From assembly GCF_023055435.1 (NCBI RefSeq), contig NW_025963791.1, positions 15,128,001 through 15,192,000 on the forward strand: a DNA stretch of 64,000 bases. Reading direction: 5' to 3'. Below the pieces are notes generated by a model. It saw only the letters and a list, made by a program, of their open reading frames with translations, made no database searches and was not told where the DNA came from. The position numbers and the translations under genes were made by a program. Source of the stretch: Haliotis rufescens. Its lineage: Eukaryota. Below, piece after piece: positions 12,801 to 22,611 of this stretch (position 1 is its first letter; each line of letters opens with the position of its first letter).

Positions 12801-15800
12801 GGCGGGGCCAGGGTAGTGCCAGTCAGGTAAGGTCGCTCATCTAATACTTCAGGTAGGCGGGGCCAGGGTAGTGCTAGTCAGGTGAGGTCGCTCATCTAAT
12901 ACTTCAGGTAGGCGGGGCCAGGGTAGTGCCAGTCAGGTGAGGTGAGTCATCGAATACTTCAGGTAGGCGGGGTCAGGGTAGTGCCAGTCAGGTGAGGTCA
13001 GTCATCTAATACTTCAGGTAGGCGGGACCAGGGTAGAGCCAGTCAGGTGAGGTCAATCATCTGCTACTTCAGGTAGGCGAGTCAGGGTAGTGCCTGTCAG
13101 GCGAGATCAATCATCGAATACATCAGGTCGGCGGGGCCAGGGTAGTGCCAAATAGGTCAGATTGATTAGGTGAGGTCATTCATCTGACAGACGTGGCCAT
13201 GTGGTCACCTTCCCAACGCAGTTGGGTACTTGTTGTAGTAGAGTTAGTTCCCCTTCCTCCTCACCCGTTCTTCCTCACGACAGTTTCATGGTATTCAATG
13301 TAACTCCGAACTTGGCTGATCAAGGCACGAGATTGAGGAGACTATCCGGCGATTGTATAGTCTGGGATAACCCGGAGAACACGAGTTAGTGGACACGGGT
13401 TGTAACGGTGACTGAAGTATGACACATGACGCTGATGTCTGTCATCCTCCATTGCAGAGTGAGGGAACCAGGCTCCTACTACGCCAAGCTCTTCTCGCAG
13501 ATCAACGGGTAAGGCCATTGTGTGCTTGTTGTTTCACGTTCTTCATAAGCTAGCTTTGACGTGTGATGATTAACACAGTTATACGTGCTTACTATGTTGC
13601 CGTGACATGAGAACACTTGTGTCCCACAGAGTGTTGTTCCCCGGGGGTAGTGTCGGCATTGTGAGCAGCGACTACGCCAAGGCGGCCAGGATCATCTACG
13701 ACATGGCGGTGAAGGTAGGAGCCTGTGTAGCCTGTGTTGTGTGCTGTCAGATCAGACACAAACACTGTCCTTGTACGCAGCAGGTGACACAGTATACAAC
13801 ATTACCTGGCGATGGGGTAGCCGTGTGGCTAAAGCGTTCGCTCGTCACGCCGAAGACCCGAGTTCGAATCCCAAAATTGGTTCACTGTGTGAAGCCCTTT
13901 TCTGGTGCCCCCCGCCGTGATATTGCTGGAATAGTGTTAAAAGCGTAGTAAAACCACGCTCACTCATTCCCTGATACACACACAAACGCACGCAACACAC
14001 ACATATTGCTATGGAAACTCATGTATGCGATTAAGTCGAATCACGACTAATTCACATGCTTCGTACATCCTGTAAACAGAGAACTCAGCAGATGCTTTTT
14101 TTCATGGTGTTCTGTTGCCCCGTGTCTCCGCCAGGCTAACGACGCCGGGGATCACTTCCCCCTGTGGGGCACCTGTCAGGGCTTCCAACTCCTCACCAAC
14201 CTGACGGCCCGGCACAACCTCCTGCAGCCCACTGATGCTGAGAACATAAGCCTACCTCTCGACCTTACCCCGGGTGAGACAATGTACTGGAAGGATGTTC
14301 AGGCAATTGCTGTTTGGAAATTACACATCACTATCACTCTGTCAACATCCACGTAAATATCGATTGTACAACCTGATATGGGATGTACATTCTTCTTACG
14401 TGTGAGCAATGTAAGGTTCTGTGATAGACAAACAATGAATAATGATTATTTGATTTCAAAGAATTTGACTATATTTATCATCCAAAACTGGCTCCCACAG
14501 GAGATATCGCTTGGGTGAGATCAAGCGATATCTACACTGTAGATATCGCTGAAATGAAATTGCATCACAATGCTTTGCAGACCATTGTGACGCCATTGGT
14601 TACCATGACGTCACAATCAAATGACATCACTAATGGCTCTGCTACTGAAGTTGTTAGCAGTATTTGTTACACTTAAGACACTGCTTATTACTGTCTACAA
14701 ACTGAAAAAGTTGGAAGAATGATGTTGGATGATAAATAAAATCCCACCCTCGTGTCTTTTGATATCAAATATATCAACACTTGTTGATAAAAGTGTAAAA
14801 AACCCTCGGCAAGCCTCGGAGTTTTCCCACTTTATCAACTCGTGTTGATATATTTGATATCAAAAGACGTTCTTTTCTCTATTTGTAATAGCTGCTAAAT
14901 CTTTTGTTCATGTGTGTTTTTAATTCGTTGTCCCGTGCTCTGTATAAATTATGCTCTGGTCAATGCTGTGTTGTTAAAGATAACACATGCTCTTTAAAAA
15001 TCATGCTCTTGACAATGATGTGATGTTAATACCACGTCCTCTGTATAAATCATGCTCTTGTTAGTCCTCTGCTGTTTGGATAACATATGTACTGTAATAA
15101 TCATGCTCAGGTTAATGGTGTGCTGCTAATGATAACTAGCACATTGTATAAATCATGCTCTGGCCAATATTGTGTTGTAAAGGATAACACGTGCACTGTA
15201 TAAATCACGCTCAGGCCAATGCTGTGTTGTAAAGGATAACACGTGCACTGTATAAATCACGCTCTGGCCAATGCTGTGTTGTAAAGGATAACACGCACAT
15301 TGTATAAATCACGCTATGGCCAATGCTGTGTTGTAAATGATAACACGCACATTGTATAAATCACGCTCTGGCCAATGCTGTGTTGTAAAGGATAACACGC
15401 ACATTGTATAAATCACGCTCTGGCAAATGCTGTGTTGTAAAGGATAACACGTGCACTGTATAAATCACGCTCTGGTCAATGTTGTGTTGTTAAGGATAAT
15501 ACGTGCACTGTATAAATCATGCTCTGGTAAATGTTGTGTTAAGGATAATATGTGCACTGTATAAATCAAGCTCTGGTCAATGCTATCCCCTAGATGCCAA
15601 GTCCAGCAGGCTGTTGAGTCGACTGTCACAGAAGACGTTTCACATACTGACCACTGAGAACGTCACCCCCAACTTCCACCACTACGGATTGTTGCTGGAG
15701 GTGAGGCATGGAGGTCTATTGACACATGTAATAATTTGATATCACTACGAGTTCAAAGAAATATTTCGGGGGAGTATTTGTTTGTGTTCGTGTGGTCGCC

Positions 15801-18800
15801 ATCGGACGTATGGTAATTCGAAGTGCTAATGTGACATGAGTGAGTTTGGTTTTACGCCGCTTTTATCAAGATTCCAGCAATATCACGGCGGGGGACACCA
15901 GAAATGGGCTTCACACATTGTACCCATGTCAGGAATCGAACCCGGGTCTTCGGCGTGACGAGCGAACACTTTAACCACTAGGCTACCCGACCGCCCCTAA
16001 TGTGACATGAGACATCACGATATCCCCACAGGCCGACCAGCCGACTTGTGTGTCTTTTTTACAAGACGGAGACAGATAAATCAGATTGCTAGCTCCTTTA
16101 AGGAGCAATACTGAAGCAATGTGCCCTGGTTTAACAATAACGTGTGCATTCTGTTTCCAGACGTTCCTACTTTTAAAACAACAGCATCCCTGGTTTGGCC
16201 TTGCCAAGTTCATATTATGTGTATGTATTAGGGACGGTCTGTCGAATAAATAGCAACATCCTCTGGTTTAACCATGCCATGTTCATATGATGTGTATGTA
16301 TTAGGGACGTTCTGTCGTATAAATAACAACATTCTCTGGTTTAACCATGCCATGTTCATATGCTGTTACCCGTGGTGACCCCGGTTAGAATTGGTCTTCA
16401 GCAACCCATGCTTGTCGTAAGAGGTGACTAACGGGATCGGGTGGTCTGGCTCGCTGACTTGGTTGATGCATGTTATTGTATCCCAATTGTGTGGATCGAT
16501 GCTCATGATATCAATCACTGGATTGTCTAACTCGATTATTTTACAGACCGTCGTCATATTGCTAGAATATTGCAGAGTGCGGCGTTAAACAACAAACAAA
16601 CATCATATGCTGTATATACTCTGTCCCCAGACGTACAGCCAGACCAAGTCGCTCACCTCCTTCTACAGACTCATCTCCACAAACAGAGGCCGGAAGGGGA
16701 AGGTGTTTGCGTCCACCATAGAAGGTATTGAGTGAGTGAGTGAGTTGGGTTTAACGCCGCTTTTAACAGTATTCCAGTTATATCGCGGCGTGTCAGCTTA
16801 ATGTGGGAGGAAAGCCCGAAGTGATGCAGGTCTCAGACGTTTACCACTGCGGTGAAACCCACGAGCACGGGTATGGTGCTGACAAACCTAGAAACATAAT
16901 CGGGGCGAACAGGGATTCGAATCCACAATCATAGGTTTCTGGCGTGCCCAAGGGACGCAACATCTGCACAGCGCATCGCGGCGCCTTAGACGACTTGGCC
17001 ACCCGTGCCCCCAGAAGATATTGAGAGGACAGACGGGTACTGATGACTGTAGCAGAGAGTAGAGACGATGCGAGATTGGCATACACTACAGGAATCGGTG
17101 AGGTTAAGGGATTCAAATACAAGTGACACATTCGAATGAAGAACACAATCCGAGATCTGATACTTAGTATTGGATGAAAAGATACGACGGCTGCATTTCC
17201 TGTGTCATTTCTGGCTGCTGATGGACTGGAATCAGCAGATGGTAAAGCAGTGTCATTGATTATAGTATACATGATATTTTGTTTGAGATATAATATATTT
17301 TCATTCAGAGCTTAAATATATTACTCAGACCGCCTCCGTGGTCTAGTGGTAGAGCGTCCGCCCGGAGAGCGGAAGGTCCGGGGTTCGATCCCCGGCCGCG
17401 TCATACCAAAAGACGTTAAAAGATGGTACTTGTTGTTACCCTGTCTGGCGCTCAGCATTAGGGACTGGTCGGCTCGGAGTCAGTATAACGGTCCGAGTGG
17501 GGTATTCATGTTAAACTGAGGCATGGTATCTCAGTGGGCTAGCACTATAAATCGGCATCAATCCGGACTAGTACAAGCAGCCACACACACACACGAACAT
17601 GCACGTCGCTATAAGTGCAATAATCTTAGAAGCGACGTTAAACCCAATTTCACCTCACCTTAAATATATTACTCAACTATTGATATGGATAACTATATAT
17701 ATCATACTATATTTAGATATGACTGACAGTTTTGTGTAACCTGGAAAGATAAAAAAATATCCCTATCAAAAGTGGAGTAGAATACATACAATGTATTTCT
17801 TTGAAAGGAGGAGTCAACCAATGCATGGGACCTAGACATCTAGTCTCTGAAATGAACAAATCTTACAGAAAAAAAATACAGTTGTTAAATTATCGTAATA
17901 AAAATATAGTAAATAGGAGCCCAGAGACTCTTCATTTTCAGATACTGCAGTAATCTAGACTTGCCAAACATTATAGACTTGAACGGGCTGTATTGGATAT
18001 ATTTGTATCAGGGTCTGTATGACAGACTACTTGAGACCCACGATACATTATATTCCAGTACATCCAACAGGTCCTTTGAACGATTAACTTTTGTGTATAA
18101 AGCCTCGGGACGTCTCGTTATGGCCATCATCTCGATACTGCCTTCGCTTCAGCCTTCAAGTACCCGTTCTATGGCACCCAGTGGCACCCCGAGGTGATCA
18201 ACTTCGACTGGAACCCCAAGCAAGCGCTGGACCATACCAGCAATGGAGTCCTCATCTCACACTACTTTTCCTCCTTCTTCATCGGCGAAGGTAAACGTTG
18301 TTTGCACCCTTCGTTGGCGACTCAGTGAGCGAACGTATTTTAGCAATTTTCCAGCCTATTGGGAATCGAACCGTGATTTTCGGCGGGACGTGACTATGGG
18401 ATCAGATTTATGTGTACTTTTCTTGTTGTTGTTGTTATTGTTTAACGTCGCATTAAGCAATTTTCCAGCTAAATGACGGCGGTCTGTAAATAATTGAGTC
18501 TGGACCAGACAATCCAGTGTGGGGCATCATGAGCATCGATCGACGATCGGTATACGATGACATGCATCGACCAAGTCAGCGAGACTGACCACCCGATCCC
18601 GTTAGTCGCCTCTTACAACAAGCATGGTCTCTTTTCTATTCCGGATCTTTACGGGTCAGGTGTATTTGTAAGCCTTTGGGTGTCTTGAATGGCTATGTGT
18701 ATGCGAGAGTACGTGTATAGGTCGTTCCTCATGTTTTCAGTCATAGTTTTGTCTGGTGCACACCCGCTTATACAAGCCTTGATGTGATATAGTTGGAATA

Positions 18801-19174
18801 TTGCTGACAACAGCGTTGGCTTGTTTGTTGGTTGTTTAACGCCGCACTCAACAATATTCCAGCTATATGACGGCGGTCTGTAAATAATCGAGTCTGGACC
18901 AGGCAATCCAGTGATTGACATAATGAACATCGGTCGACGCAATGGGAAACGATAACAGCAGCGTTAGTAACATTCACTAACTGTAACTCAAACTAAAGCC
19001 TTGTCAGTATGCTGAAGGATGCTGTGTGTTTCAGCTCGTCTAAGTGGTCACACGTTTCCCAACGTTCAAGACGCTGCAGACGCCGTCATCGAGAACTTCT
19101 ACATGAACTACCAAGATGACGGCACATTTGACCAGACCTATTATTTCAACTACACCAAAACGTCCACACAATAA
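9845..19174 (+). CDS. GGH: Gamma-glutamyl hydrolase paralog C (peptidase C26), 9 exons, ~315 aa
   Basis: Exons 9845-9932, 10642-10747, 13458-13508, 13630-13714, 14135-14273, 15594-15700, 16631-16724, 18153-18290, 19035-19174. GT-AG, in frame; exons 3-9 have the same lengths as in paralog B. Motifs NNRPVIG, YVKYLEQAGARVVPV, INGVLFPGG, WGTCQGF, NFHHYG, QWHPE. Confidence 0.95.
10725..13160 (+). repeat. 55-bp minisatellite (~44 units) containing GGH-C exon 2 3' end and donor
   Basis: Unit GTGAGGTCGCTCATCTAATACTTCAGGTAGGCGGGGCCAGGGTAGTGCCAGTCAG. Confidence 0.97.
13810..13968 (+). mobile_element. SINE family A
   Basis: GGGGTAGCCGTGTGGCTAAAGCGTTCGCTCGTCACGCCGAAGACCCGAGTTCGAATCCC...CTCACTCA. Confidence 0.85.
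14472..14880 (+). mobile_element. Unclassified non-autonomous element, copy 2
   Basis: Same inverted repeats; long hairpin centred on CCTCGGCAAGCCTCGG. Confidence 0.6.
14930..15590 (+). repeat. 52-bp minisatellite ending at the GGH-C exon 6 acceptor
   Basis: Unit GTGCACTGTATAAATCACGCTCTGGCCAATGCTGTGTTGTAAAGGATAACAC, ~12 copies, more degenerate at the 5' end. Confidence 0.93.
15838..15997 (-). mobile_element. SINE family A, full length with TSD
   Basis: Flanked by the direct repeat CTAATGTGACATGAG. Confidence 0.9.
16185..16366 (+). repeat. ~72-bp tandem duplication (2-3 units) upstream of GGH-C exon 7
   Basis: CTCTGGTTTAACCATGCCATGTTCATATGATGTGTATGTATTAGGGACG... repeated; followed by a SINE copy and then the exon 7 acceptor. 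Confidence 0.75.
16368..16601 (+). mobile_element. SINE-like family B
   Basis: Full family B pattern; flanking CATATGCTGT repeat. Confidence 0.88.
16729..17012 (-). mobile_element. SINE family D inserted at the GGH-C exon 7 donor
   Basis: Reverse complement of the 3325 copy; flanks AGAAGGTATTGAG / AGAAGATATTGAG. Confidence 0.88.
17328..17660 (+). mobile_element. tRNA-derived SINE family C, full length
   Basis: A box TGGTCTAGTGG, B box GGTTCGATCCC, (CACCT)n tail; 15-bp TSD TAAATATATTACTCA. Confidence 0.92.
18435..18960 (-). mobile_element. Two SINE-like family B copies (18435-18657 and partial 18822-18960)
   Basis: GAGTCTGGACCAG(A/G)CAATCCAGTG core in both. Confidence 0.8.
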
Positions 19175-19724
19175 GTCTGATGAAGCGTATAATATTGACG
19201 ACCCATACAACCTCGAACCAACATCTCAAATGTCCTGCCAAAGGGAAGAATACCGAGTAGACCCATAGTACCATGTGCGTGTGTGTCCACGTTCCTCGAA
19301 GGATCATCGCCCATGCTGTCAACCACTTGTTGGTCTGTCCAGGCTCACTGGCTACCGTGACAGCTGTAATGCGGCTGTAACGTTACTGGCTGCATTAACA
19401 ATAATAGAAAAAAATAAAAAAATAATAGATGATTCATCCAGATACAACATATGTTTTAATGATCTGGTTTCAAATTCACTGTGACAGGAGGTTAGTAATG
19501 AGATTATTATCATGCATAAGCCATTTTGCATAAGAAGGATAAATGGATGCACGCAAGTAATAGTTTGGCAGTGTTTTAATGTGATATAGTTTAAATGTTG
19601 GTGAATAATGAATGATAGTCACTATGCACACATTCCATGAAGCTGTCTGTTTTCTTGTGATCTGGTTTACAAGACAATAAATACATGCTCTTATTTCATT
19701 GCATTAACAACATGATATAGTGTA

Positions 19725-19965
19725 GAAATGGGTTTTAACGAATTCCAGAATATTTCACTTATATAGTGTTGTATGCATGTATGTGTGGCTACTTGGACTA
19801 GTCCGACTAATGCTGGTTTTATGGTGCCAGCCTACTGAGATACTATGCTCTGGTTTAACATGAATACCCTATTCAAGACACATTGTGCTGATCAGTCCTT
19901 ATTTTATCCCCTTCATTCAGAGTGCCAGTCAGGGTAGCCGCTCTATCCACTAGACCATGAAGGCA
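19725..19965 (-). mobile_element. SINE family C, degenerate
   Basis: Diverged GGACTAGTCCGACT...GCCAGTCAGGGTA...CCACTAGACCA. Confidence 0.6.
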
Positions 19966-20159
19966 CTCTTGATATTGTGTAGAAGGTGGAACTGGATGTT
20001 TCTCCTTTAAAGTATATTCACCTTGCCACCCAGGCAAGATACCACATCCCGTGTGGATTCGAGGTTAGAATGACAGCTGCGACTTAAAACAATGATGATA
20101 CAACTGGCATGTGCTGTTGTGTCATCAGTACTGAAGACTGTACTCCATATTCCAGTTCA

Positions 20160-20432
20160 GGGTCCCATTCCATAAAGCAATGATCCCCACGTGGGTACAA
20201 AGTATGAAGCCCATTTCTGGTGTCCCCCACAGTGATATTGCTGGAATATTGCTAAAAGCGGTGTAAAACAATACTCACTCACTCTAAGCGATTGTAGTTG
20301 AGGTGAAATTGGGTTTAACGTCGCGTCCAAGATTATTGCACTTATATAGCGACGCTAAGCGATTGTAAGTCCCATGCTTAACATAGACTTACAACAATCA
20401 TAGCCCTATGAACGTGTTGTGGAACGGGACCC
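20160..20432. mobile_element. Palindromic MITE interrupted by two SINE fragments
   Basis: GGGTCCCATTCCATAAAGC ... GTGGAACGGGACCC termini enclosing a family-A SINE 3' part (20185-20284) and a family-C tail (20300-20355). Confidence 0.65.
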
Positions 20433-20444
20433 ATATATTAATTT

Positions 20445-20666
20445 TTGGTCTTCAGCAACCCATGCTTGTCTTAAGAGGCCACTAACGGGATGGTGTGGTC
20501 AGGCTCAATGACTTGGTTGAAGCATGTCATCGTATCCCAAAGGCGTAGATTGATGCTCATGATGTCAATCACTCGATTGTCTGGCCCAGACTTGATTAGT
20601 TACAGAACATGGTCACAAGGCTGGAAGATTGCTGAGTGCTGCATTAAACAACAACAACAACAACAA
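20445..20666 (+). mobile_element. SINE-like family B
   Basis: GGTCTTCAGCAACCCATGCTTGTC...GCATTAAA(CAA)n. Confidence 0.82.
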
Positions 20667-21011
20667 AAAAATCTTTTAAGATTATTTCACCCATCACCAA
20701 TTGCAATCTGACTTCCACAATAGTAAAAATTGTTATTAATTTGATCATTAGTTAATGTGACGAGATTTCAAATGTGTTTGTAGATATACGTGTACAGTTC
20801 TTAAAGTTACAAGCTGACACACATGGTTTGGACAGGTCTGCTATATAGATGTATATATCTTCACTATAACTTTAATAAGGGAATTAGAATTATTCTTCAC
20901 GGGAAGGCATCTAATATACTACCTACATCCTCTTCCAGGTCTTTACCTTACATCCACACATCACCTGCATAATCATACTCTATTCTCATTTGCATATGTT
21001 GTCCTAGAGTA

Positions 21012-21631
21012 GGTGAGGTGAAATGGGGTTTAACGTTGTGTCCAAGATTATTGCACTTATATAGTGACATGTGTGTGTGCGTGTGGGCGCGCGCTGTATA
21101 CTGACTCCGAGCCGACCAGTCCTTGATTTAGCCCCTTAATGCCGAGCGCCAGACAGGGTAACCAGAAGTACCATCTTGTAACGTCTTTTGGTATGATGCG
21201 GCCGGGGATCGAACACCAGACCTTCTCCTGGCGACCGCCTCCGTGGTCTTGTGGTAGAGCGTCCGCCCGGAGAGCGGAAGGTCCAGGGTTCGATCCCGGG
21301 CTGCGTCATACAAAAAGACGTTAAAAGATTGTACTTGTTGTTACCCTGTCTGGCGCTCGGCATTAAGGGGCTAAAACAAGGACTGGTCGGCTCGGAGTCA
21401 GTATACTGTGTCTGAGTGGGGTATTCATGTTAAACTGCGGCATGGTATCTCAGTGAGCTAGCACTATAAATCGGCATCAGTCCGGACTAGTACAAGCAGC
21501 CACACACACACATACACGTGCATGCACGTCGCTATATAAGTGCAATAATCTTGGACGCGACGTTAAACCCGATTTCACCTCACCTCACCTTCTCCTGGCG
21601 GACGCTCTACCACTAGACCACAGAGGCGGTC
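21012..21631. mobile_element. Nested family C SINEs (plus copy 21233-21590 inside a minus copy)
   Basis: Inner TSD TCTCCTGGC; outer TSD TTGTCCTAGAGT. Confidence 0.9.
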
Positions 21632-22035
21632 TTGTCCTAGAGTAGATCACATTGGAGCTTAATATTTAATAATTATAACAACCTCAACCACTGACACTGT
21701 AGGCTCTTTAGAGGGATATCCCTATTGTAAACACTAGTTTTACTGTGGGTAAACACAGTTCTATTGGTAGCCTGACACAGTCCCATGTCACAAGCTGGAA
21801 CAGAGCTGGGAGGTTAATGTACATTATCTACAGAAACATCATTCCAACCGTACCTGTGTAATTTCTTATATGGCTTGGACATTCTTGTATCGTCAATGCT
21901 GACACCATATATCTTATTCTTAACTCAGGCATACACCTAGTACACATTTATGTACTTCATAGATTTGTTATGAGAAAAGTGTAGGCAAAACGTATACACC
22001 AAATATAAAACTTGGGAGTAAATGAAACGTGAATA

Positions 22036-22380
22036 CCGTATTTGACGTAATAAGCGCCCTGCTCTAATCGCCCACGGCGATATTTGCTAATATAATGGCT
22101 AGTGAACAATCCCAATTAGCACCCCTTCCGATTGAACAATATACAACATGTACAAAGACCTATTTATTCGTGTATTATACGCACTCGTGTGTAATATACA
22201 CCCTCAATTATGGGCAATTAAATTCTGGAAAAATATATCTGTATATAAACATTTCAGGCTGTCAGCATAAACCATGAAACTTATCTTTCAACTCTGTTTT
22301 TTCACCAAAATAATATTCTAATAAGAGCCCCCTATTTCTAATTTTGAGAGCCCCCTAGGCGCTTATTACCTCGAATACGG
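22036..22380. mobile_element. Tc1/mariner-superfamily MITE
   Basis: TA-CCGTATTTGACGTAATAAGCGCC ... GGCGCTTATTACCTCGAATACGG-TA. Confidence 0.75.
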
Positions 22381-22611
22381 TAATCTTACTCTCTTCAATC
22401 TTCCAAAGGTATAGTCAGCCACTGACAACTACATGTAGTACCCAACCCAATACATACTGAAAACCATGTCTAAATGTGGGATTTCAGGGACATCAAATAG
22501 TGTCAGATTTTAGAGGAGCTTCATTATTTTCCAGATCTGTTGACTTAAAAACTAAAACAAATAAAAACAAATGTAAACCAAACACAGCAGTTGTCATCTG
22601 ATTTATCTCCT

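Noticed and set aside
10748-13160. CRISPR-like array
   Set aside because: Head-to-tail repeats with no unique spacers, inside a eukaryotic intron, and no cas genes. The same applies to the 31.1-32.2, 43.1-44.1 and 50.9-53.6 kb arrays.
17328-17402. tRNA genes (also near 1845, 3325, 13810, 15920, 21233, 23830)
   Set aside because: SINE heads that continue into SINE bodies, several with TSDs; no proper acceptor stem or terminator seen.
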